Below are positions 12,706 through 23,513 of a stretch of DNA of 64,000 nucleotides, in pieces. The stretch is from Tricharina praecox (lineage: Eukaryota), in assembly GCF_024521635.1 (NCBI RefSeq), contig NW_026250406.1, forward strand, positions 1,240,001 through 1,304,000. The letters are read 5' to 3'. Position 1 is the stretch's first letter. Each line of letters begins with the position of its first letter. Under the pieces are notes generated by a model. That model worked only from the letters and a program-made list of their open reading frames with translations. It did not search any database and had not been told where the DNA came from. A program made the translations under genes and the position numbers.

Positions 12706-15442
12706 CCTACCTAGTGTAAGTTGTTTTTTTCTTTCGAGAGCAGTCCCTTCTTTGTTCGTTCAATGAGGTGTCTGTAAGAATCTCGAGTTGTGCTGGAAAG
12801 AAAGGTTAAGTTTGTTGACCGGCTCGTTGAATTCGTCCAAGATCGGGTTGTTATATATTGGAGTATTGACCGTAGGGTTTTAGTTTATTCTATGTCGATA
12901 CGTCGGTACGGCAGCGGTGGTAGCGGTGGTAGCGGAAGCCGAACCATCCGCCGTCGGGGCGGAGTTGCTCAGTGTTCCCGGAGCCAAGATCATCACTCAA
13001 TTCCTGCAGTTTGGGTGCTGCTACGGCTCTTGTTCATAGGACGGGTAGGGGATGGTTAGGGGGGTGGGCTACTGCTAACTAGTATACTCGGGTATGACCA
13101 GCGATACATATCGGAGGTATGTACTCTACAGGGGGGACCCGAATCAGCGGGGGAGCAAGTAGTTGCCGTATTCTGCCGGGTCGAAATCGCCAAGGTATGT
13201 GCATAGGTGCGTGTGGTTGGTGGTGACGGTCATTCGTCGCCTGGAATAGCGACAAAGGCTTCTTCGCCATCATCAACGGTATGACGCCCGTTAGCACAGC
13301 CGTGATGCTGTCTCTCGGGTTCTCGGGTTCTCGGATTCTCGGGTTCTCGAACTGTCGGACAGTTGGATTCCCGTCGGCCATCTTACTCTCCGTCTTCTTG
13401 AGCGTTTTACCTACTGCCTGGGCTCCTCTGTATGTACGAATGATAGTGTACGAGTACGAGTACGATTCAAATTCCCAGCGTCTTGATTTTAAATTTACGG
13501 GATGGAAGCTGCTGTTCAAAGCACTGGGCACCGTCATCTCTCTATGGTCAGGGTCCGGTTCATCTTCCACAGCCACACCCGGGGCCTCTAAAGATTTCTC
13601 CATGGCCGCCGGTAGGCACGGCAGATGTGTCTGTTACTGGACAAGCGAGACGCTAGAAATTAGAATGCAGATCCGGCACGGAAGAAAATCGCCGCATCGA
13701 CGCTTGCGGGATGCAGCCGGTTGGCGCGGCCAGGGGGGGCGCCATAACAGTGCTCAGGGTACCGGTCATTCAGTAGAAGCCAAAACCAGTGGGAATCGCA
13801 CAAATATTCCCGCTCTCGCTCTTCAGAGCGGAGTGCCGTGATGGTACATATCATAAGTACCCATCTCTCTCTCTGTGAATTCCATGGGTACAGTCCGCAG
13901 AGCGCAAGGACCAGCATCCATCTCGGTCGTCCGGTTAGGGTGATGACGCGTGCAGGGATGACGGATCGCCCGACGCCAGGATCGAAACGGGTCTGCAAGC
14001 CGTTCCACCCATACCCATCATAAGACCCAAGAGTACAAGTGCCATGTAGAGTGGCTTGGCCACGCATTAGCCACCTGCCACTGTGGGCTGTGTTCCGGCC
14101 GCTTGGAAGTTGGGGCCCCGCTCTCGAGCCCGCTACATACTCTACACAGCTGTCGGGTTCCGACTGTTCCTACTTGGCAGTGGGGGGGAGGCGGCGGCGG
14201 CCACGGCGGGCGGGAGGGAGGGCGGGGTTCCGCTGAGGACACGGCTTCCGCGCCGTCGCTATGACTCGGCATTCGTGGGAGCAGCCACTGCTGACGTCCG
14301 GCGCCCCGTTAACATATCTACAGTACTTGATAATCGGCAACGAAGACGCGCGCACGCATTCCCAGAACCCGCCACGTCAGCAGACTTCGAGCAGTGCGAA
14401 CTTCGAAATGCGAACTGCGAACCGCACCGCGCGTCACACAGGGAATTCACTTCAAGAGTTCACGCAAGCGTGATGACGTAACTGATGTGGTACGGAGTTC
14501 ATCTCGGTGAGTGAGTTTCTTCATTCCATTCCATGCAGAACATCGCGTCGCGTCGTTTAGGTCGACCGAAGCCGAAAGTTTAGCCTGCGCATGCGCGGAA
14601 GAGAAGCTGGCGAATTTTGAGTGCGGCGTGGAGGTGCGGTGATATCTAACTATTAACTTACCTAGGACCTGGGTACTCTACTTTATCGATAGAGTAGAGT
14701 GATAGATCATACATAGCCGTAATGGCTCATCTGATCCCCCGCATCCACGTATACGATATCCACGGTACTTTACCCTGGCATCATCACTCCTTCCCTAAGC
14801 CCTCCCTCCCCCGTACGTACATACTATATACGCAGACGTGAAACGTCGATAGACAATTGATACGGTACCCCCGCGTCTCTATCCGCACCGAATCAACAAT
14901 CAGACGAAGAAAACAAACCCCGCGTCGCTACCCCGGATCCACCGCCGTCCATCCGGCTATATGTACTCACGTTGTCTCTCCTACATACAAAGGTAGGTAC
15001 GCGGTGCTGTCTGTCGGTCGTCCACGCCTACCCGTCGGCTCACCCATGCTGACGTGGAAGGGTGGTAATGCAGCAGTGGGTCCATAGGGCTCAACTTTCA
15101 AGTGCCACCGGTCAAATGTTGTGAGCATGAACATGAGCGTGAGAAATTCCGTTGCTTGCGGGACCTGCTCGATGGGATTTCCGCGTAGGACAAAGACTCC
15201 GAGCGAGCGAGCGACTACCGAGGATGCTACGCAGCCCGTGGGGGAATCTGATCCTTAGTTTATCGGTCACACGAATGGATGGGATGGAAACATGTATGGA
15301 TGGATAAGTAATATTACAATTCAAATAGATATCCCGTTGAACCAGCGACTCGGTAGCCTCCCCTTCTCTCAAAATAATAACAATAGTAATAATAATCACC
15401 ATCCCCCCTCCCCCAAATTCCAGCCAACACCGCCCCAAGTAC

Positions 15443-16125
15443 CTATTCATCCTTATAAATCTCCAACACCGCGCGCATAACCTTATCCTTCCAGTGGGCT
15501 TTAACTTTCCAGGGATCCTCGCCTTCCCATAGGTAGCATCATTATGCTCGACCATGGCGCCCCAATCCGCGCCCTCAATCAGCGTCGTCAGAATGTACTG
15601 GCACTCGCCTTATTTATGACGGAGGTTTGTGAGCGAGACGGGGCGCGAAAGTGCCTGGGAAAGAGGGGAGGGGAGGAAGGAAGAAAGGACCCTGGAATTC
15701 TTCGCGCTTGGAGGCTCGTATTCGCCGCCGTCGCCGCCGCCGTCGTCGGCACCAGCGGCTTTCTTCTTGGGGCGGCTGCGCTTGCGTGGGCTGGGTGTGG
15801 GCGTGGCTGTGGCTGTGGCTGTGGCTGTGGCGGAAGGGGGGCGGGACTGCGGCTGTGATGGTGGCTGTTTGCTGGTTAGCACTGGGTACGTAGTACGCAC
15901 GAGTAGTCCTCGAGGAGTTGGGGGCGAAGGGGGCGAGAGGTAACTTCATCCATCTCCATCCCCCACTACGGTACCGCCCCGTTCTTTGGAACAGACGGAT
16001 ATCTCACGCATGGGAAAGGAAAGAGACCGGTTAGTTACCGTGAAGAGCTGCGCATCTAATTCTTCTTCTTCGCACTTGCCGGCGCGGGGGCTCTCGGATG
16101 GGGAGGGAGTGTCGAAGCTCTCCAT
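15443..16125 (-). pseudogene. Possible degenerate small nuclear protein gene (NLS-like RKRSRPKKK; C-terminal ..ILTTLIEGADW..HW.. helical segment)
   Basis: TATAAAT ~140 nt upstream of ATG 16125; intron-like GTGCGT..GCTAAC..CAG at ~15900-15865; protein-like segments. Joining them needs frameshifts or passes a TAA at ~15610, so no clean model. Confidence 0.3.
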
Positions 16126-17251
16126 CGGATGAGGTCTGGCTGGCTGGATGATTGTTTCTGTTGCCTTACCAGCGATGCTTCGGGGCTCAGAAGAGGATGG
16201 ATGTTGCAAGTGGAGGAGAGACTCAAGGTGAGCACTGCCGGCGGGCGGAGGCGGAGAGTACCGATTTATAGTAACCGTCTTTCTTTCTTCGGGGAGGGCA
16301 GAACGGAAAGAGGATTCCAGCTGAAGATGGCTTGGTCATTGATATGGGGTAGAAACGTTATGGAGGCAATCAAGAAAAGAGGACGGTAACATTCAAGCTC
16401 GATATCAATATGCCCGTACGGTGTAACTGTAACAGAATCTTTCGGACCCTCGAGTCCTCGGCGGAGCTTTGTAGTGGCCGTGGCAGCAAGTGGAACATTG
16501 CAGTCCCGCCGACTCAGCTCCAGCCTTGCCATGACTACGGTACTCTAGCTAGATAGGTACACTGCTCAAGATGCACTGTTTCCTACGAGCAAACATTCCC
16601 TCGCAAGTAATCAGCACGATTATTCCAGCCTTGGGATCTTGGATACCTATGACGGCCCGGGGGTCGGGGTAGGTTTTACACGTTTGAGACGACACATGCT
16701 GATTAATGTTCCCAAATCTGTCACCGGCAGCGGCGGCAGGAACCCGCCTCGAGTGACGGGTCGCATTTCAGATCCCGAGAAGTTTGACCGCGCAGGTTGG
16801 TTACCCCTCGAATCCTCGAATCCTCGAAATCTAGTCTAGCGGAGGCCCGAGGGCGAATGACGGCCGGTGAGTCGGTGACGATTCTCCATGGCTGTATGTA
16901 GGTAGGTAGATACTAGAAAACGCTTTTCTGACCTGGGAAGCAATCACAGCGATTCTTCCTGTACTTACTCAAAGGTACTTGTGTGCACAATAAATGGGAA
17001 GTGGTATTCAAGTACTGGATACATCAGGTACATAAAAGCAGCAATCAATGACGCTCAGAAAACAAACCCACTCGCGAAGCCTCGGAGGTGCCGAAATTCT
17101 GCACACACTGGCAGACATACATAGGTACATGGTACATCCGGTCGGTGTATGTCGATGTCGAACCAGACAGGAAGACTGGTAATTGACCAACCAAAACGTA
17201 CTTGGAACAATGCACCGAGGGCGGACGTGATGGATCATGGTGCTTACTGGA

Positions 17252-17452
17252 TGATACAGCTTGAGCCGACTGCTGGTTACACCTAGGCGAATGAGAGAAG
17301 AGATCTCAGCCCCCGGAGGGAATGGGCTAGGCAATGCAATGCGGCTGTACTCTACTCTAGTGAGGGGTCGCCGTGCCTGTAGGGAAACGAGGCTGTCGCG
17401 TCGAAGCTCGACCAATCGGCGAAGCGCGACGATAGGGAATTCGATACTAGTC
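17252..17452 (+). repeat. Left arm of a ~200-bp diverged inverted repeat (partner 20081-20275)
   Basis: tgatacagcttgagccga...ggcgaatgagagaa...cggctgtactct...gtcgaagctcgaccaatcggcgaagcgc.acgatagggaattcgatact matches the reverse complement of 20081-20275. Confidence 0.88.
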
Positions 17453-18168
17453 AGAGAGCTATGCTGGGATTTGAGAAGGCGCGAGTACTATGGAGCGAGG
17501 CATTGAGCGGAGTAATACCCGATGTTGCAGGAAGGAGGAAGGAAGATGCAGCAGCATCGATTCCGCACGGGAAGAGGGAAGGAAATGCTGATCCCGCGGC
17601 CAACGCAATCAATCATAGCATGAGTCGCTGCTGAGTTGTACCTGCGCAGTTCATGAAGTCCGAGTTACACTCCATCTCCACTCTTGGCGCGCATCGGAAC
17701 GGTGATAGTTCATAATCTTCGAACAAACTTTACACTTGATATGCAATCGTCTCGTGCAATACTCTGTATATCTCCGTACACCCTTGAAAAGAAATAGTAA
17801 TGAAAAGGAATTAAACGAAATGACGCCGGATTTCGGCAAACCGCCCACCCACCCCACCCCACCCGCCCCCTCCCCCCCCCCCCACACACACATCGCACAC
17901 GGGTCTTGGTCATGCCATAGCCACGTAAAGAGAGACGATTCTAGTACTTCCACGTTCCCGATTAGCTTGAACGCTTCGCGCACAGTCACCTCTAATCGTT
18001 CCACAACCGCCAGGTAAAGTCTCGTCTGAAAGAGGAATCTTCAAGTGTCCCGCAGCGGTGGCAGCGGTTCATTGTGAGGGGGCGATACAGTGTATGTAGC
18101 TGGGACGTAGGGAAATAAACGCTCGCCGACAGGGAATTCATCCGAGTCCAGCTGTCCGACAACAAAGG

Positions 18169-19979
18169 TCATACTATCAAATGTGGAAACTTACTCCAGT
18201 TAGTCGATATGACAGTCAACAGTAAACAGCGCCTGGCAGGATGTATCACACCTTTCTTGCTCTGCCGGGACGGCCACTCAGGTCCAAGGGTCTCATCTTC
18301 CTGGCGGACGCCACGGTTGCATTCTCGGCACAATCTCTCGCAGCGAGTACATTTTCCATCGGTTACCGGATAGATACATTTAACCTGTAACAATGTACAT
18401 CGAGTATGTGGTCAGTATAACACTTACGGTAAACGAAGAAACTTTTGGCGGTGTCACCTTTACTTCTCTGCATCTCTTACATGGGGATCGCCGTGACCGC
18501 GTAGCCGTCTCCTGGTCAGCGCCCCCGATCCGTCGGCTTCGTTTACTAGAGCTAGTAGGCCGTGGATTGGCATTCCAATATCTCCGTTTACTGACAGAAA
18601 ATCTCCCCTCCAGACGTTGCATCCACTCGGCTGAGAGTCCCCAGTCGCCCTCCCACTGATCCATGGTCTTTCCAGCTCTGAACTCTGCAATAAGGTGGCT
18701 GCATCTATCGTTCCAATTGCCGAATATTTCATCGCAGAATCCACACCTTGACTCGGTGGGAAACTCGCGGTGATGCTGTTTAAATAAGGTCCTAGGAGCA
18801 TCACGGTCTATCGCGGCACTCAAAACGTTATGAATTATCCTCATGTGTTGCTTCAGGTGTTCCTTCCGGCAGAAGGTGCGACTGGCGACTGGTTTCTTTG
18901 AGCATCCGCTTCCACAGGCAGCACTGCACGAGGAAGGTTCGGAGTTGCAAAAGACGCATAGTCCTGTGGCCGGACACACAGCACCCTCCGGAGAACAGAT
19001 CCACTCGGTCCGGATCAGATGTATCGTTTCCTCGTGTCGCTTCCAGTTGCCGGGGTTGCTGAAAGTCGACATGCAGAATGTGCACGGAAAGTCGTTTTTT
19101 TGAACTTTCTTCTCCGGTGGGTATCGATAGCTTGTCTTCCGACGTTCGGAGAGCGACACGCACGAGCCGATGGAGGCAACACTGCTTCCGGAAGCATGAC
19201 TGGTACGGTGGGGCGGGCAGTGCCTTTTGTGCGGATTGTCGCGCAGCTCAGCGCTAATTGCCATCTGTTCTCGTTCGGTGGATCGTCGTTTCGCTTCGGT
19301 GGCGATGGCCTCAATGTTGCATCCGTCTTCCTCGGACGAACTCGAAAGGTACCGTTTGAGCATTGGCGCTGAATCCAGCTTCTCCGCCTGAACAAGATCT
19401 TCATCGGTTGGTAGCCACTCAACCTCGGGCGTTGGCGGCCACTCAACCTCGGGCGTGGCGACCGATGACAGTGGGGTCGTGAATTCTGTCGGTTGGCCCT
19501 ACAGGTCGTTAGAAAGATCTCGATGCTTCGTCGCAACATCGCTGCGGCGCTTACCGAACCGTCCATGGCTAGTTGGGGTGCGCCGCAAGTCGGAAAAGAA
19601 TGTCCGCTTGTCCCCTGATGGTAGTGGGATAACTATCGCATCGCTGTCTGTTAGGGAAAATTTGGGACATTCAGGAGCAGGAATCTCGTACATGTACACG
19701 ATCGCACAGCGGAAGCGGCAGATGAAACCCCAAACATCCGCTCGTAGAAGCCTCGGCCACAGCCAGGTGGTCAGCCCGGAGTGCTTCATAACGCTGTTCG
19801 TCAGTCCAGGGATATTCCGCCGCATCTTGCGGCATAGTGAAGGACGAAGCGAGCTCGAAATCTAAAAAATCTGTCAATGCATCATCTGTTTCGAAGCCCA
19901 TAGACCGAAAGGTATCCCCGCTGCTAGACGCATTGGTGTACAAGTTCTCGGCCGGAGGTGTATTCGAATCGAATTCCAT
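18169..19979 (-). CDS. Putative transcription factor: fungal C2H2-type Cys/His-rich domain plus C-terminal Zn(II)2Cys6 cluster, ~540 aa
   Basis: Model 19979-19692, 19632-19555, 19498-18458, 18384-18169 (1623 nt, frame-consistent). Motifs FPCTFC..F...GNWKRHEETIH, TFCRKEHLKQHMRIIH, SRCGFC..F..W..R..H; spliced CKRCREVK|VKCIYPVTDGKCTRCERLCREC. 5' exons and extreme 3' end are less certain. Confidence 0.78.
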
Positions 19980-20080
19980 ATTTCTTCTGTTGCGGATACC
20001 GAGAAAGTAGGATACCGAGAAAGTGGTTGAGGGAAGAACACTCGGGCGGAACCTGGTCAGAAATGCGGATTATATATTAT

Positions 20081-20275
20081 TGACGAGTATCGAATTCCCT
20101 ATCGTAGCGCTTCGCCGATTGGTCGAGCTTCGACACGACAGCCTCCTTTCCCTACCGGCGCGGCGACCACTCACGAGAGCAGAGTACAGCCGAATTGCAT
20201 GGCTTACATAGTCCATGCCATCTGGGGCTGAGACCTGTTCTCTCATTCGCCTATAAATCGGCTCAAGCTGTATCA
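20081..20275 (-). repeat. Right arm of the ~200-bp inverted repeat (partner 17252-17452)
   Basis: See partner; lies ~100 nt upstream of the modelled ATG at 19979. Confidence 0.88.
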
Positions 20276-21432
20276 ACCACCTGTTCGTTAAACGGGTTTC
20301 GCCATAAACTGAAAAGGCGGTAGATATGCGAAATAAATTGCCGTGTTCTCTCTCATCGTTTAACGAGCCTCTGTCGGAAGTCTGGACGGGTGATGAAGCG
20401 GCACGGACTGAGAGCGTATGTAAGCACGAAAGATTTGCAGCAGGGTCTCCCGGAGAAGCACTGGGGACGTGGACCACCCTCTTGGCAAGTTTGGTAAAGA
20501 CGAGACGAAAGACCGATTGTATTACAGAAGAGAGAACACGACAATGTAAGCACACGTGACACCTGTGTTATTCAGGTGTCCTCCGAGAACATCGCAAGTT
20601 GAATAACGAGACCGAGCAACGATGAAAAACGGCGAGAACAAAAGCGAAAATGAGAACGATAACGACAATTGAGCGGGGGCGGGGATAAGGTCTATGGTGA
20701 TGAGGAAACAGACAGACCGGCCGACAAAATATACACCAGGTCGGCTAAAGTTCGCCGCTCGTGCATCAATCCTGCCCGCTCGTAAATGAAATCAAAACAA
20801 CACCCTTCGCTCATAGTAACCCAACCCATCGCAGTTGGTCCCACCAGGTCCCAGCACGTTCACAATTTCTAGCCGTCCCTCTCACCTAGGTCTGCAGCTC
20901 CTGGTTGAAACGGCCACGCCAAGGCGTCGTTATCGTTGGGTCCCACACCGGTGGACCATTGGAAGGAGAAGAAAGAGAAGATGAAGCTTAAGGCTATTGA
21001 AGAATAAGGTGATGATCGTGATGTCCGAGCTCCCTCCTCTGAGCTCTCGGTTAGGCACCTCGCCAAGGGCGTACAGGTTCCAGGCCTCCATCCCCATGTG
21101 ACGTCGCTCGGCAAAGCGAACGGAGAAATGAAGAATAATGGAGAACTTCAGGTTCTATTCAACTTCGAAGTGCCATATCATGTCCCTTCTTGGATAAGGT
21201 GCAACTTTTAACGATCGTGGATGAAAGAAATTGAAAGCCGCTTTAAACTCGGATAGTAGTTACTCCCAGAGAGGCTCACTGTAAAAAACTTGTCTACGCT
21301 CAGTGAAAAAGAAAATTCATGCGGGGGGCCTCTCGCTTGGATGGCCTCATGAAGGGACTATATATGCGTTATAACTACGGGAAATGCGAAAACAGAAGAA
21401 GACACAAACATCAAATCGACATCCACGTTTCA

Positions 21433-23513
21433 TTACGGCCTCTGATGCCCACGCTCCGCATTCGGTTGGATATATTCCACCGCCAGATTCCACGGCGTCC
21501 TTCTTTTGTCCGGCAAGACAGCCCCCTCCAACTGCTTCATCCAGTCATCCGTCAGCCCCCAATCCCCCTTCCACATATGCATCTTCTTCCCGTTCCTGAA
21601 AGCGAGTGCGATATGCGCCTTCCGCTCTGCCCAATCATCGAACCAGATCCCACAGAACCCACACCTCGACTGCGCCGGCGGTGGAGTCGGCTCATGCCAC
21701 GAATCGTACTTCTCATGCCACACGGAGATCCCATGAACGCGCTCCAGGTGCTGTTTCAAATGTCCCTTCCGTCCAAAAGTCCGGTGGCTAGCCGGCTTGT
21801 GCGCGCAGTCCCACACACACCGACACTGGGAGTCCTTCTTGCGGCAGTAGACACAGCATTTCTGTTCCGTGAGCGGGCCGCGCGGCGCGCAGATCCACTT
21901 CGGGAGCCCGAGATGGATATCCTCTTCGTGGCGCGCCCAGTTCCCCTGCTTCGTGAACGGCGGCGCGCGACAGAACGTGCAGAAGAACGTCAATGGACCC
22001 TTCGGCCTGTCGGCGGCGGTGCGCGCGAGATCGCACTCCGTGTCGGAGTGCGGGTCCAGTTCCGGCGACGTCTGCGACTCGCTTGACCGCCCACGCGATG
22101 TCCCGTGGCGGTGACGGGCCGTCTTGCGTCGGCGCCGCGCGAGCGAAAGTCGTGATCCTGCTGATCGCCCCGAGCGCGAGGTTATGTAGCCGCTCTGCGT
22201 GGATATCATCGACGGCGCGCTGCCGGTGTATGCACCCCCGCGCTGGCGCGACGACGCCCGAGACCGCTCCGACGCCGAGTAGTTTGACTTCGAGGCGGCG
22301 CTCACAATGTCTTGCATGCTCGCGTGCCCCGCCTCGGAAGGTTCCGAGAGATACCTTTCCAGTGCGGTAGCACGATCGCGATCGGTCAGGGGAGCACCCG
22401 TCGGTGCTATGTAGGTCCGCGGCTGAGGCGGGGGTTGATCCGGCGATAGCCACGGAGCGCCCAGTCCCATCAACCAGACGTCATCTTGCGATGTGGGATG
22501 TGGGGGAGTGAAGACGGGGTCGAGCCCGACGCAGTTCATGGTGACACTGGAGGCGATGTGCGATTCCCAGAGAATCAGCATCTCTCGGACAGTTGAGGCT
22601 CCCAAGCGAATCTCGTCGTCGCAGAATCCGCAGACGGCCGCGAACGAGACGTTAAAGGTGTCTCCATCGAGGTACGATCTGGATTTGATTGCCTGGGGTG
22701 CGGGGACCTCTCGGCGCGTGATAGCGGAGAAGCTGGGAAACTCAGTGAGGAAGATCGCAAATATGTTATCCGGTGACAACTCGTTGACGTCCATATCGAA
22801 CAGGTCTATGTAGTCTCTGGAATCCGGAAGGGCCACTCCGGCGCTTTGGTTCTGGCGCTCTATCTATCAGTGGGATCCGGGGTTAGTACTTCGATCGTGT
22901 TAGTTAAAGGGAGACGCGTACATACCATCTCCCAGCCCTGATACCCATTAGAGTCATTCGATATATAACCCTTTGTATGCGGCTGCGGTACGCGATGGCC
23001 AAACGCAGACATCCCCGGATCGACCCATAACCACGATTCGGCGTCATTTCTAGCATCGGTGGTAGCCATATCTGGGGCCCAGACATTCGGCTCCATGGGC
23101 AAAGCCAGTTGGCTGTGTTGCATCTGAGAACCGAGGCCGAGATTTCGTTTCAAGAACATGTGTGACGCAGCTGAGGGAGGAAGCTGGGAGTTGATCGGGC
23201 CGCTCGCGGAGCCGTGGAAGCTGTTTTGGCCGGCCACCGAGTTGGCTGGGGGTGCGAAGCCACCATTCTGGAACGGAGTTATGTGCGACCGACGAGGGCT
23301 GCGATTCCCGGGGCCGATCGCGACCGTGGGAGGGAAAATGGCGGGACTCCTGCTCTGCGGCTAAGATAACTCCGAGTCAGTGTCGTCGACGGCGCGTGCG
23401 AGCATTTCAGCACGGAAGCTCACATCACTCCGGCGAGTGTTTCGAGGGCGTAGATGTTCAGCGATCCGCAACGTCCCCGCACTGGCGCAAGTATATGGAG
23501 TCCAACCGTCCAT
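21433..23513 (-). CDS. Fungal C2H2-type zinc-finger protein, paralog of 18169-19979, ~651 aa
   Basis: Model 23513-23424, 23360-22926, 22863-21433 (1956 nt). Motifs FFCTFC..PF...GNWARHEEDIH, TFGRKGHLKQHLERVH, SRCGFC..F..W..R..H, WKGDWGL..WM..LEG shared with the neighbour. Start codon tentative. Confidence 0.82.

Noticed and set aside
13079..13841. Overlapping 174- and 186-aa ORFs upstream of the second P450
   Set aside because: They run through simple repeats (CGGGTTCT, GTACGA), show no domain and give no consistent splice model.
19499..19501. In-frame TAG between ORF 19499-19825 and the frame of ORF 18380-19363, suggesting A-to-I stop-codon editing or readthrough
   Set aside because: The TAG is the acceptor of a canonical 56-nt intron (GTAAGC..CTAAC..TAG, 19554-19499); splicing explains it.
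21319..22813. Long + strand and alternative-frame ORFs
   Set aside because: Shadow ORFs of the GC-rich zinc-finger CDS on the minus strand.
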